Source: Dendrobates tinctorius (lineage: Eukaryota). Taken from it: a DNA stretch of 64,000 bases. This document shows positions 1 through 14,450 of this stretch, piece after piece; within the stretch, counting starts at the first letter, position 1; each line of letters opens with the position of its first letter. Under the pieces are notes generated by a model. The model worked only from the letters and a program-made list of their open reading frames with translations. It was not told where the DNA came from and did no database searches. The DNA lies in contig NW_027361728.1 in NCBI RefSeq assembly GCF_039654945.1, positions 12,772,001-12,836,000 of the forward strand, read 5' to 3'. The position numbers and the translations under genes were made by a program.

Positions 1-636
1 TTTTATTCATTTCTATTTTCTTATATTATTCTTTTTCTATTATAGTAAAATGATAGACACCAGGACAGAAGATCTCTCAAGCATCAATGCTGTCCATCAT
101 ATCAAGGAGCGGGCATTGCCATTATTTTAGTGTCTATACTGGAACAAATATGAACCCAGCCTAAAAAAGCATTACAGTTCCACCAAAGAAGCAATGGACA
201 GAAGCTCCAAAGCTAGAAGCGGAAGGGATATAGCATTCTGACTGAGCCCCACCTGATGCTATCCTTTCACATTTTTCAATGATGCACTAAAAATACCATA
301 GATGGTAACATAAGGGGTAACTGGACTTTCAAGCTGTCCTGTGCTTGCCCATGAGGAATGATCGTTTGAAAATCAGAAAAAAAAATGAATGAAGATCACA
401 GCGTGAGAAACACAATAGGAAGATGGTAAAATGCAAAACAAAAACCCAGCAAATCCACAAATCTTTTTACACCTGCCTTTTTGCTGTAGACGTGACTGAC
501 TCAATTGAAGTCAATGGGTGCAGAAAATCAAAAAGAATTGACATGCTGCAGAAAAAAAACGCACTGCAAATACTTAAGGAAAATTACTGATCATGTGCAC
601 AACACTTCAGGATTGTCATTGAAGCAGCTTGCATAA

Positions 637-855
637 TAATAATAATAATAATAATAGATTTTATTTTTATAGCGCCGACATATTCCGCAGCACTTTACAT
701 TTCAGAGGGGATTTGTACAGACAATAGACATTACAGCATAACAATAATCACATACAGTAGATTATAACAAATACCAAGAGGAGTGAGGGCCCTGCTCGCA
801 AGCTTACAGTCTATGAGGAAAGAGGTAGACACGAAAGGTGGGTGGTAACAGTTGC
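637..855 (-). mobile_element. L2 LINE 3' fragment inserted into a Harbinger-type MITE remnant
   Basis: Near-identical to the 3' end of the L2 at 34940-35135, with an (AAT)n tail. TTGCATAA flanks both sides (629-636, 852-859). The host MITE ends GTGCGCACACAGCC-TAA near 942. Confidence 0.85.
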
Positions 856-1086
856 ATAAGAATTCCATAGCATTTTTGGCCCATTTCCGCACGGAAAAAC
901 CACAGCGAAAACGCATAAAAAACGCACTGTGCGCACACAGCCTAAGAGTGGCTAATTATTGGGACGTATAAGGCATTATTGACTAATATGTGTCCAGTTA
1001 CTACTGCTGAAGTTGATGGCCAGCGGTGATTATGGGAAATTAAGGAGGTGCTCCAACATACGGCAAAGTATTAAAAACACACTTTA

Positions 1087-1522
1087 GGCTAGTTTCACAC
1101 TAGTGTTTTTTTTTGTGCTGCGCCTCGTGCGCTTACCAAACGCATGCAAAAAACCCCGCATCACGCGTTTTGCATGCGTTTGCTGTTTTTTTGCGCATGC
1201 GATTTAACCAGTTTGTCACCATATTAACTGAAAAAACGCATGCGTGCGCATGTCCTAGCGCACGCGTGCGTTCCCATAGACTAATGCTTTTTTTTGCGCA
1301 TTCCGTGCGCATGCGTTTTTTTTTTTAGACAGGTCGGACGGACCAAAAATGCAACAGGTTGCGTTCAGGGCGCCTAGGCGCACACTACAAAAAACGCATG
1401 TGCACGAAAACGCATGCGAACGCGTGCATGCGCTAGACCATGCGCACCCATGTTAAATATAGGGGAGCAATGCGCATGCACACGATAGCGCAGCGCTAAA
1501 AAACGCAAGTGTGAAACCAGCC
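1087..1522. mobile_element. PIF/Harbinger-type MITE
   Basis: TIRs GGCTAGTTTCACACT / AGTGTGAAACCAGCC, TTA duplicated on both sides, palindromic (ACGCATGCG)-rich interior. Confidence 0.9.
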
Positions 1523-2026
1523 TTAAGGAGTATTAAAAAAAACTTTAAGGAGTGTGTGTGGTGATATGGCAAATATATTGATGACCTGATCATGATCATG
1601 GATCTCGATGTGTCTGCCATACCCATTCTCACCTTCTATCTTAAGTGCAACCCCTTCAACCTTGGGTTTACTGTACGTTATGAATTTACAAACATTGAGT
1701 TTTTGGATTTCAAACTCAGGGGTATACCAGAAGAAACAATTGTCACTTCCACAATTCGCAAGAGTACAGCTGGAAATACCATTCTCCATGCTGCCAGTCA
1801 TCACCCAAAATACACAACAAAAAATACACCAGTAGGGGAAATGATTAAAACAAAACTAAACTGCACTACGGAAAATGATTATAACAGAAGTAATGGAAAT
1901 TAAAGAACGACTAAGTAAAAGACGGTATAGTCAGTTGTCTTTACAGAGAGCTAAAAAAATTGTTAAAGAAAAACCACGCTTTAAAAACACAGCAAAAAGT
2001 TCATGAAGGGACTAGGAATCAAGCTA

Positions 2027-2886
2027 CCGTATATACTCGAATATAAGCAGAGATTTTTAGTGCTTTTTTGGCCTGAAAGTCCCCCCTCTCGGCTTATACT
2101 CGAGTCATATACGGGGTTCGTGGGGGAGGGGGAGTGCAGGTGTCAGATATCATACTTAACCCCTCTTGGCCCGTCTCTGCAGCCCCCCTGCTTCTCCCAT
2201 GGTCTCGGCGCCCCAAATCTTCCAGTGTTTAGCGGTCACATGGTACCGCTCATTAAAGTCATGAATATGCGCATATTCATGACTTTAATGAGCGGTACCA
2301 TGTGACCGCTGAAACCTGGAAGAGCTGAGGGACCGAGACCATGGAAGGAGCAGGGGCTGCAGAGACCGTGCGCCAGGAGGGGGTGAGTATGATCAGGGAG
2401 CAGAGCAATATTCACCTGTTCCACCGCTGCGCTCCGCTCTGTCCTCCGCGTCCTCTGACTGACGTTCAGGTCAGAGGGCGCAATGACGTAGTCAGTGTGC
2501 GTCCTTTCCTGAACATCACTGCAGAGAACCCAGAAGACGAAGCGGTGCGCAGCGGTGGAATGGGGATTGGTAAATTACGCCAGTGCCGGGGGCCTGAGCC
2601 CTACTCCGGACACCGGCACCTGGCCCCCAGCGACGGAGAGGCAAGTGTCTTTTTTTTTTTTAATTGCAGCAGCAATATATGGGCCGTATTTATCTATGGA
2701 GCATCTTGGGCCACCATTAACCCTTGTGCAGCATTTTATGGAGGGTATTTATCTATGGAGCATCTTTCTGGACCACCATTAACCTTTGTGTAGCACCACC
2801 CTCGGCTTATACTCGAGTCAATAAGTTTTGCCAGTTTTTTTGTGGCAAAATTAGGGGGGTCTCGGCTTATACTCAAGTATATTCGG
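2027..2886. mobile_element. Tc2/pogo-like MITE with internal palindrome
   Basis: TA|CCGTATATACTCGAATATAAG ... CTTATACTCAAGTATATTCGG|TA. A central inverted repeat at ~2170-2370 is centred on TGCGCA at 2268-2273. Confidence 0.85.
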
Positions 2887-3112
2887 TACCTTAGTGTTGC
2901 AATATAGCAACCAGTTCGCACGTATAAAAAATATTCATAATAATTTATATATTCTTAAAGAAGACCCAGACATAGCTAAAACAATTAAAGATGGATGCCG
3001 CATAGTTTACAGGAAAGCACCATCACTAGCTTCCAGCCTTTCACCAAGCTACTTAAAACCACCCCAAAACCAGGTGTCCAACTGGTTAAATACTAAAGGA
3101 TTTTTTAAGTGT

Positions 3113-3747
3113 TCAGTATAAACTTATTACCCTCACCCACAAAGCCCTCCATGGCTCAGCACCACCCTACATCTCCTCCCTTGTTTCAGTATACTACCCT
3201 ACCCGCACCCTCCGCTCTGCTGATGACCTGAGGTTAGCATCCTCAATAATCAGAACCTCCCACTTCCGTCTCCAAGACTTTACACTTGCTGTGCCAATTC
3301 TTTGGAATGCACTTCCCAGGTCAATACGATTAGTCCCCAATCCCCACAATTTTAAGCGTGCCCTGAAAACGCATTTATTCAGACTGGCCTATCGCCTCAA
3401 CACATTAACCTAATCTATCCCTGTGTGGCACAGCCAAAAGTTTTACCATAACCAGGTTCCCCGCATCATGTTCCCACATGCTTTATGCATCCATTAGCCC
3501 TGTGTACTGTTACACACTTAACATTATGGCTGGTCCATACAATCAGGGCAACTGCTACCACCCACCTTTCGTGTCTACCTCTTTCCTCAGACTGTAAGCT
3601 TGCGAGCAGGGCCCTCATTCCTCTTGGTATTTGTTATAATCTATGTGATTATTGTTATGCTGTAATGTCTATTGTCTGTACAAATCCCCTCCGAAATGTA
3701 AAGTGCTGCGGAATATGTCGGCGCTATAGAAATAAAATTTATTATTA
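3113..3747 (+). mobile_element. L2 LINE 3' fragment
   Basis: Encodes the L2 ORF2 C-terminus (LITLTHKALHGSAPPYI...WNALP) and the 3' UTR ending GCGCTATAGAAATAAAATT(TAT)n. TTAAGTGT is duplicated at 3105-3112 and 3748-3755. Confidence 0.9.
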
Positions 3748-6628
3748 TTAAGTGTGGTGCCACAATGTGGAAGACTTGTACGTTTGTGCAGAAATGCACT
3801 AATTTTACTGACTCTAGTAATAAAGTTGCATATCCAATAAAAACTTTTTTAAACTGCAACTCACAATATAGTGTATATAATGGAATGCATAGTGTGTCAT
3901 CTCAAATATGATGGCAGCACCAAGCGCAAACTAAAAATAAGGGAGCATGTTAATGATGTTGAGAATATTAAAGAAGATAAAAATACATCTCAGATTTTCA
4001 CTCATTTTATCAAACAACATAATAGTATCATAGTAACTTAGCATCTCTAAGAATCTATGCGATTGATAAAGTCCATAAACCACAAAGAGACAAAGAAAAA
4101 ATGCTCAGAAATAGAGAGGCTTGGTGGATGTTTCAACTGGAAACTAGAACTCCACAGGGTTTAAATAAAAAAAGAGACATGATGTTATTTTATTGATATC
4201 ATCCCAACAGATAGCATGATAATGATATGCTCTTCAATTATGCTGATTTTTGATCATAACTTTTATATATTTTTCATATAGAGATGTTTATCATGAAAAT
4301 CTATCGTATACAGCTTATTTCAACAGACAAGGATTGAATGAAGCAAGCTTCAATTTGATGTCTCCAGAACCAATGTTTTTTCAGCTGTGTCTGCGGCAGA
4401 TGTGGGTTTTTAACCCCAACTTACCCCAACTTGGCTGTGTGAATTATTTTTTTCTTATTTTTATTTCAACATAGTCATAATTATGTCTGGTCTTTGCTGC
4501 AAATGTTAATTTTACCAGAGTATTTGTTTGTTCTTTGCTTTAGCTGTGTTTCATGTGTTTTTAATTTGCTCAGCTAATTAATCAGCGCACTGCTGTGTGG
4601 AAAGGAAACTGGGCATATAAGCATTGCAAAACTGCAAACTTAGATGTCATGATTTAGGGTGCTAGTCCACCAGAAACGCGTTGATATCGCATTTCCATCT
4701 TGAATTATGCTGATGCCTTTATCCTCAACTTGTCACTTTGCGTGGTGAATAAAATATTGGTTTCACTACATCGTTGAGCGGAATTCTTTCTTTTTCGTAA
4801 TACTGCACGTCTAACACAACAGATCCGTGCTCCGATCATCAAGACGCCTGTAACGGTGAGCTGAACTTTTTCTACATTAAAAAAAATTGATGCCCAAAAT
4901 ATTGAGGCATTCATGAATATTATTCACCAGTTTGCAGAACAGGATGCAATTGTGAAGAATGGTTTTCCATGGAGAAGCAATATATATGGAATATGCAAAA
5001 AAAAAAAAAAAAAAAAAATTGGATCAGTGGGTAGTCTTCAAAAAAAGGTAGTCCTTTGATTTCAATGTTAGAATTTTACTTGGGGGAAAAAAAAACATAG
5101 CGTAAATGTTAGCTGAGAAAGTTCTTCAATGCTAGCAAGGGATGTTTACGGTTGCAATTCCATTGTGACAATCCTTTTCAAACTTTGTCTATTTGCTTTA
5201 CATCCTCACTAAAGAAAAATCAATCTCCCAGAAAGGTGAAAGAAGTGGCAGGCAACAGGAATATAGGTTATATGATTGTCTGAGCAGATAACCTAGTAGC
5301 ATAGATCCATAAATATAATGTAGGTCACTGCCTGCAGAGACAGCTGTAACCAAAGAAAAGGTCGATGTATTACTGGGCCGAAGCCTCAATGAGTCTAAAG
5401 AACATGATAGACTAATAAAGGATAAAAAAATATGGACCACTGTTATACATACAAAACAAAACAAATTAATTCTGTTCTATTTAGTAGATTTTTTTGCAAT
5501 GGCAAAATTTGAATACCACAATAAAAATACTCATCAATAGGTCACAAAATTATTCTAATCCTTCTATCTCACTCTTCATCTCACGATTCCACTTAGGATT
5601 AGGCGATACATCAAATTATTTTGCTATCAATCAGTGGTGTCACTACTGTCAAAGGTCTGGATCTCCAGCCCATTAACTTTTTGTCCAGAGCCCTGGATCT
5701 CTAGTGAACACCACACTGAACTGTATTCAGCATCGACAAGACGTCAATACAGTCCAATTCCATGATGGAGCAAGGAGACAAGCCCCCTGGTCTACCACGC
5801 TCGGTCTTGTAGACCACAGGCCTACAGCTTACAAGACATCAGCCTGCCAGCACAGGGGGCGCAATGATGTCACTGTCGTGCCACCTGCTGTTAAATCAAG
5901 TCCGAAGGAGAGAAGTAAGCTGCGGTGAACAGGAAATCAGGATTAGGTAAGAATAAGCAGAATTGTTATATTGGAAGGCTGTATAGGGGCATCATACTGT
6001 GTGTGTGGGTAATTGTGGGGGCATCATACGGTGTGAGGGTATCATACTATGGGCGGGCGTTCATACTGCGCGTGAGGACATCATACTGTGATTTGGTCAC
6101 TGTGGTGTCATCATACAGTGTAGGAAGGCTGTGGGAGCATTATACTGTGTTTACATCCGTATTGGGACATCATTCTGTTTTGGGGGGACTGTGGCGTCAT
6201 CATACTGTGTGTGGAGGTAGGCATTTTACAGGCCTATTAGTTAATGGGGGCCATGAAAGGGTATCACAGTGGCATTAGGAGCAAAATTAAGATTTAAGTG
6301 CTGCAATGCACATCTCTCTCCCCGTCTTTAAAAGTATGACCGTCTCTAATTGCGCCCATCAGCCATGACCCCACTGAATGTTTTTGGGGGACAAAATTAG
6401 GACTTTTGCATGGGGTCCCATGACTTCTACATATGCCTCTGGTCTGGAGCATTATTAGTTCTGCAGGGGGCACTCATCGGACCATATTTGTTTTAAATGG
6501 AGGCATTATTAGTTTTGATTGTGGAACTCAGGGGGCATTATTACTTTTGAAGGGGATACTTGGTCATTATTTTTTAAGGGGGACATTTGGAGCATTACTA
6601 CTTTTTTTCAGGGGTACTGATACTTTAA

Positions 6629-6920
6629 AGGAGTTGACCAGGTTTGACACAAAAGTCTGCAATCATTTTATGTGACTTCAGGCTTCTTAATCATGACAGT
6701 ATGAAATGCATACTTGCAATCACATGCCAACTAGATATGCTTGGTCTCTCAGTGAAGCGTGAGACCACAGGTATGCAAATTGCACACTTGAGGTCACATG
6801 ACTGCCTGCGTGTTGCAGCAACTGGGGAATCCTGACAGCATGTGCATTGCATGCCGTCACAATGCACAAGTCTGCAGTCACAGAGTGATTTAACACTTGT
6901 GTCAAATCTGGACAACCCCT
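6629..6920. mobile_element. Kolobok/T2-like MITE
   Basis: TTAA|AGGAGTTGACCAGGTTTGACAC ... GTGTCAAATCTGGACAACCCCT|TTCA (degenerate TTAA). Confidence 0.75.
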
Positions 6921-7204
6921 TTCAGGAGACATTTGGGGGTAGTTATTACTTGAAAGGGTTACTTGAGACTTTATAACCCTCAAATGGAATATACAAGTCA
7001 TTATTATTGCCTGTGGGGGGTACAATGAGCGCCTTATTAATTCCTAGGTAATACAGTGGGTGGATTATTACTTTCTACAGAACACTTATTTTTATGGGCA
7101 TTCTCTATTTGGCACACGCTGTCCAATCGTTTTTCTGAGGAGGAGGAGAATCAAAGTAATTACACAATTTCTGAAGTATGAATTACACAATTTCTGAAGT
7201 ATGA

Positions 7205-7549
7205 GGCTACGTGCACACGCTGCGGAATGGGGTGCGGATTTGGCAGCGCAGATTTTGTAAAACTCGCAGGTAAATCTGCAGGTCAAAAGACCTGCGGTTT
7301 TACCTGCGGATTGCTTTGCAGTTTTGCCCTGCGGTTTTTCATCTCCACAATGGAGATGGCAAACCGCTGCGGAATCCGCAGAAAGAATTGACATGTCAAA
7401 ACTGCATGGAAAAATCTGCACCGTCTGCACTGCGGTTTTGTATTCCCATAGGGAATGGTACTGTACACCGCAGCAAAAACTGCTGCGGACCCGCAGCGGC
7501 CAAATCCGCTGCGGAACCGCAGCAGAATCCGCTAGGTGTGCACACACCC
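7205..7549. mobile_element. Harbinger-type MITE (GCTGCGGA-rich family)
   Basis: GGCTACGTGCACAC ... GTGTGCACACACCC with TGA/TAA flanks; related to 31541-31876. Confidence 0.8.
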
Positions 7550-7818
7550 TAAGGGTCACTGTTCCATGTCAAAGGAGCATCCAAGATGGGGAGTTGGTGT
7601 AGATTGAGATAGGTGGGGCTTGTGCTGGAAATGTGAGAAGTCAATTATTAAAAATGTATACATTATCCTTTGATATCAGATTCCACAGTTACATACATTC
7701 AAGTTTATGTTTCTTATAAACTCAACTGACAAGTCAGGACTGGAAAAAGCGGTAATATCAATCTAGGCCAGACGGAAAAGATGAGAAACATGAACAAAAA
7801 AGAAAGAAACGTCACTTA

Positions 7819-8241
7819 GGCTAGGTTCACATTGCGTTAGAGCAATCCGTTTAACGGATCCGTTTTTAAGCAGCACTAACGCAATGTAATGGACAAGTTA
7901 GCGCACCCATAGACTTCCATTAGTGTAGCGGATCCTAACATGTCAAAATCGGCATGCGTTTGCAATGGTCCGTTAGCTTGTGACGCACCTTCCAACGTGG
8001 ACTATCACGTTTTCTGGTCCGGTACGGCGAACGCACATTGAATGGAAGCATTCACTCTGCCATAGAACTCTATTGCAAATGCAGGCAGACGCATAATGAC
8101 CTAATGCAGCCACATGCGTTAAGGCATGTGATAACGCGATGGCAAAAATACATTAGAAAAAGACAATTTTGGGTTCATTTTTAGCGCATCCGTTTAACGG
8201 ATCCGCTAAACGGATTGCCCTAACGCAATATGAACCAAGCC
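7819..8241. mobile_element. Harbinger-type MITE
   Basis: TTA|GGCTAGGTTCACATTGCGTTAG ... CTAACGCAATATGAACCAAGCC|TTA. Confidence 0.9.
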
Positions 8242-8469
8242 TTACAAGTCGCTATACTTGATATACCGTAGCTGCACTGTAATCTCTTGCATGATTGGCA
8301 GAACTGATATCTGCCCCTATATTGTCACTGTTTGTGGATAATATCAGACTTTTTAATAGTGTGTTACCATATTTTTTTTTTTTTTTTTTACATATTAAGA
8401 GTTTAGTGGTGCAATTCAATCATTAAGTAGTAGTAGGTGTTTGGTGGTATTATTGTTAACATTAATAAT

Positions 8470-8527
8470 GTGTGCAAACTGTAAAGCGCTGTGGAATATG
8501 TTAGCGCTATATAAAAAGATTATTATT
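8470..8527 (+). mobile_element. Extreme 3' tail of a SINE with an L2-like end
   Basis: TGTGCAAACTGTAAAGCGCTGTGGAATATGTTAGCGCTATATAAAAAG(ATT)n, the same tail as 56007-56136, flanked by ATTAATAAT repeats. Confidence 0.7.
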
Positions 8528-9140
8528 ATTAATAATCTTTGTACACTATTTTGTTCTATAGAAGTGTAATACTATTTACTATGTAGTGGTAATGATAGTG
8601 ATCAGCATATAGTGGTATTTTTGAGGGGTTTTGTATAGTTGTAATTGTGGCGATATTGGTCTTTGTAAAGTGTACTTTAGTAGGTAGTTAGTATTTAGTC
8701 CTGGCATAGCAGCAACAATGGTATATGATATGCATAGAGAGATTTTTTTTTTAAGCAATGGGTGGGGTCATAAAGGGAGACACATACTTCGAGGTTTAAG
8801 CCCCTTATCTTTTAAGACCCTAGCAATACCCCCCCTGCCAACAATGTATGTCCTGCCCACACACATGCAGCCTCACTACCTGCCCATGATGTATTAGTGG
8901 CACGTCACCTCTATGAATGTGAACTGTCTAGGATGCAGGAATGTCTGCGGGCCCACCATCAGATCCTACTAGTTGAGGCATGGAAAACAGTCTGCTGCTT
9001 AGTGTACTGATTTGAGGAGCACATGTTGGTGGATGGGGGTCAGTTTTAGATATGATACTGATACTATCTAAAAGATAGTTCCCTTGTCCCCGAAAAGGTG
9101 AAATTGATTTTGGTGCATATATCAGCCATCTATTCTCTTA

Positions 9141-11917
9141 GGCTAGGTTCATATTAGCGTTTGTGTGCATCATAGAGTGGCGACACGCGTCGGGTCATTA
9201 GATCAGCCTGCCCCACTCCACTTCATTTCATATGTGATGTATTGGGTTCTGTGCATCTAGGTATATTATTTGAAGGTGGACATGTAGATGTCCTTTGGTT
9301 GTTTGCACTACAGCCCATTTCTGGTCTGGATGATCTGGTCTGCTCTTGGAGCCTGACTTCAGGCTGAGGTATTTCCAAATGGGGTTTATTCAGTACATTC
9401 CAGAAACGTTTGTTTTTTATGTACCACATTGTGAATAAGAGTATGCCAGAGCTATATAACTAATTGTATGCACTGTCTCAAGGCATTATTTGAGCTTGTG
9501 ATAACATCCATTTAAAATTTATCTGCATCACTGATAACCATGATTCATTTGTGATGGCTACAGTGTATTAGTGTGCTTTCAAAACCTTCTAATTGGGTAT
9601 TAGTTTACATGGACCTTGGGTATAAGACACTTTCTCCACCAAAAGTGGTAGTGGTCATCAGGTTTGGTTCTCTATTATGAGATATGTATATCTTTTGAAT
9701 GTGTCACATGTGTGACCATTTTTTAATGTTTTTAATGTGTTGTTGTTGTTTGCTGTGCTTAATTTAAATAAATAAAAATTGTAATATTTTTGCTAAATTC
9801 CTATTTAGGGTGATCCCCAATTTGTGGCCTATTCTTTTCTGCTTGTGACTGTCATCATATCATCTGCATGCGCAAAGCATTTTTTTAGCCGTATCATTTT
9901 ACGCATGACGCCAAAAAAAGCTGCGTGTGCATGCGTTTGCATTGATTCTGCGCATGCATTTGATATTTCCAATGCTTTTCCAGGAGCGTTTCCTTGATAC
10001 CAGACACCCAGTGGGCGTGTATCATGGAATTTCTATATATAGACACACTGCACTGATTAAATCCTCGTCTTGTGCTGTATCCAGCTGCAAGATGGATCTT
10101 AGCGTGGAGAGCTTCCTTAATCTTGCATTGTCATTGAAATTGGCTGCTGCCTTTACTGTGGCTTATGAATAAGAAAGTAGAAGAGAAAGACGGAGAAGAC
10201 GTTGTCGCCGCTGTTGGCAACACCCATCTTGGAAGTCGGAGAGAGCCGTGGAGCCTACCACTCGTACAACAAACTGCGTGAAAACCCTGAGAAGTTTTTC
10301 GAGTACACGAGGATGTCAGAACAGAGCTGACTTGTTGCTACATGTCAGAGGATCCATCACCAGGCAGGACACACAGCTATGTCGAGCAATTCCTGCTGAG
10401 GAACGTCTGTTGGTGACTCTGAGGTATGCAGTTTTGAAAAAGAAACACCTGTCATTAATAGGATTGTTCTAAAAGCCATGTACTGATTTTTTTTCCCATT
10501 TTCTGTTCGGCAGATTCATGGCTACCGGAGAGACCTTATCTCTACATTTTCAATTCCAGATTGGAGTGTCCCCACTTTCTGGGATTGTTGGAGACACCTG
10601 ACATGTTTTATGTGATGTTCTGTATGGAGAATTCCTCCCCTAACCCACAACTGAACTCTGGCTGGAAAATGCTGCAAAATTCCAGGACATTTGTAAATTT
10701 CCAAACGGCTTGGGGGTGTGGACGGCAAACACATTCGGATTATGAAACCTGCTGGAAGAGGATTCGAGTGGATTCAAATACAAAAAATACTTTTCGATTG
10801 TTCTCATGGCGATTGCAGATGCTTGACTGTCGAATTGTCGCCGTGGACGTTGGCTCATTTGACTCACAGACTTTCAAAAACTCTGACATGGGCCAACTTT
10901 TGTATGGGAATAAATTCAATTTTCCACAGCCACGACCTCTTCCAAACACTGAAGGACCGCCAATGCAGTTTGTTATGGTTGGGGATGAGGCGTTTCAAAT
11001 GTGTGCCAACCTCAAAAAACCACACTCAAGTCGGGACTTGAATCACACCAAAAAGATTTACAACTATCGACTGACAAGGGCACGAAGAACTGTGGAGTGT
11101 GCCTTTGGATTACTGGTATCTAAATGGCGCATTTTGGGAACAGTCATCAATCTAAAAATTTAGACAATTGATGAGGTTGTGAAAGCATGTGTTGTTCTGC
11201 ACAATTACATCCTGGAGAAAGACTGACAACAATTAGAACTTGAGCAACATGTTACTACCACATTGCATGATTACCAAGATCACTCTCTGAGGACTACACT
11301 GGAAATTGCCCAAATGAGGGATAAATTTGCCACCTACTTTGTTTCGGATATTGGACGTGTGGCATGGCAAGACAAAATGGTTTAAGCCACTAATAAGTAA
11401 AATGTACCTGTAATGTTTGCTAACTTTAATACTAAAACCTTCAATATAGCTTTAATACTAAACACCTTGACTGTAACACCCGTTAATACTTCACTCAACA
11501 AGACACACGTTTAAATATAGGGATAAAGAAAACACAGGGAGACAGGGATTGTGAAAAAAATAATTTTTCTTAAAAATAAAAACAATGTTTAATTTAACAC
11601 TTCCTGGACCTGCTCATTCTGAAGTATGCATGCGTATCGAATGCATGCGTACGCATGTCCTTGCGTACCAATGCGTTCCCATAGACAGTAATGTGTTGTT
11701 TTGACACACTCATCCGCATGCACAAAACTGCGCATAATTGACACCTCAGAAAATGCAACATGTTGCGTTCGCCAGACACAGCGAAACGACGCATGTGTAC
11801 GCATCCGCACGCGAACTAATGCAAAGGCATGTCCCTGCGTACACAATGTTGAATGTATGTACGTGTGACGCATGCGGATCATACGCTGCGCACAGATATG
11901 CTAATGTGAAACCACCC
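9141..11917 (+). mobile_element. PIF/Harbinger transposon, defective
   Basis: TTA|GGCTAGGTTCATATTAGC ... GCTAATGTGAAACCACCC|TTA. Contains a transposase pseudogene and an unclassified insert at ~9170-9860. No Myb/SANT second ORF is recognisable. Confidence 0.8.
10091..11385 (+). pseudogene. Harbinger (DDE_Tnp_4/HARBI1-like) transposase pseudogene with one intron
   Basis: Motifs AIPAEERLLVTLR [intron 10424-10513] FMATGE, GVDGKHIRI, VAVDVG, VGDEAF, YNYRLTRARRTVECAFGLLVSKWRIL, ACVVLHNY and WQDKMV*. Multiple stops and frameshifts. Confidence 0.9.
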
Positions 11918-12292
11918 TTAGGGAGGATGCTTCCATTACAACACCATTTTACCAGCACTGGAACTTCCTTCACTTCACGGTTGAAATGCACTTTCCATTC
12001 GTTCAATGGGCTTGCTCGTCTCGTACTGAAAACCTCTCTGCAGTTTCAGAGACAGGAGACCAGGAGCAGGGAGACAAAGACTACCAAAACTTCCTGCAAT
12101 CCACATCAAAGTCTGACAGATCAATTATGGATTGCTCTGCTGATTGTAGTGGTAGATCTGTCTTAGGACTTTGCAGGCAAAGGTTTATGACTGTGAAGTG
12201 CCTATATGCAATTTTTGCTTAGACCAGGCAGCACTCCGTATGACTTGCGGTGCATGCGGATTAACCTCTGTGTTGTAAGTCACGATATGGTA

Positions 12293-13886
<1,594 letters not shown>

Positions 13887-14099
13887 TATGTGCAGCTTCT
13901 GACTGGATAGATTAGTAACAGCTAGAGTTGAGCGATACCGTCCGATACTTCAAAGAATCGGATCGGAATGGATCGGCCGATCTTAAAAAAAAGTATCGGT
14001 ATCGCCGATTCCGATACCGGAAGTCCCATTCAAGTCTATGGGACTTCCGGTATCGGAATAAGAAAAACCCTGTTTTTGCCTTGTACAGCCTCTCTGGGG

Positions 14100-14450
14100 T
14101 CTGTACGGGCCTTTCGGGGGGCTGTGCCGGCCTGCCAGGGGGTCTGTGCAGGCTCCGGTGGTCTGTGCCGGCCTGCCGGGGGGCTGTGCCGGCTCCGGTG
14201 GGCTGTGCCGGCCTGCCGGGGGGCTGTGCCGGCCTGCCGGTGGTCTGTGCAGGCTCCGGTGGGCTGTGCCGGCCTGCCGGGGGGCTGTGCCGGCCTGCCG
14301 GTGGTCTGTGCAGGCTCCGGTGGGCTGTGCCGGCCTGCCGGGGGGCTGTGCCGGCCTGCCGGTGGTCTGTGCAGGCTCCGGTGGGCTGTGCCGGCCTGCC
14401 GGGGGGCTATGCCGGCCTGCCGTTGGTCTGTGCAGGCTTCGGGGGTCTGT
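14100..14450. repeat. GC-rich ~60-bp minisatellite (GGGCTGTGCCGGCCTGCCGG subunits), mirrored at ~19470-19700
   Basis: Direct reading of the tandem units. Confidence 0.9.

Larger units (their letters stand above)
945..4870 (+). mobile_element. Decayed Penelope-like retroelement (RT C-terminus plus GIY-YIG endonuclease), interrupted by three insertions
   Basis: Translated fragments are YGKYIDDLIMI (~1565), IEFLDFKL...RKSTAGNTILHAASHHP (1592-1903) and IVYRKAPSL...GFFKC (to 3112). After the L2 insertion it resumes as CGATMWKTC...FLNCNSQYSVYIMEC...KYDGSTKRKLK and EAWWMFQLETRTPQGLN (to ~4195). It has many frameshifts and approximate boundaries. Confidence 0.85.

Noticed and set aside
9170-9860. 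Insert within the Harbinger element, possibly Penelope-derived
   Set aside because: A GACACGCGTC motif and an AT-rich tail are suggestive, but I could not identify protein motifs or boundaries.
10091-11385. Possible domesticated HARBI1 gene
   Set aside because: Stops, frameshifts and flanking TIRs with a TTA TSD show it is a dead transposon.
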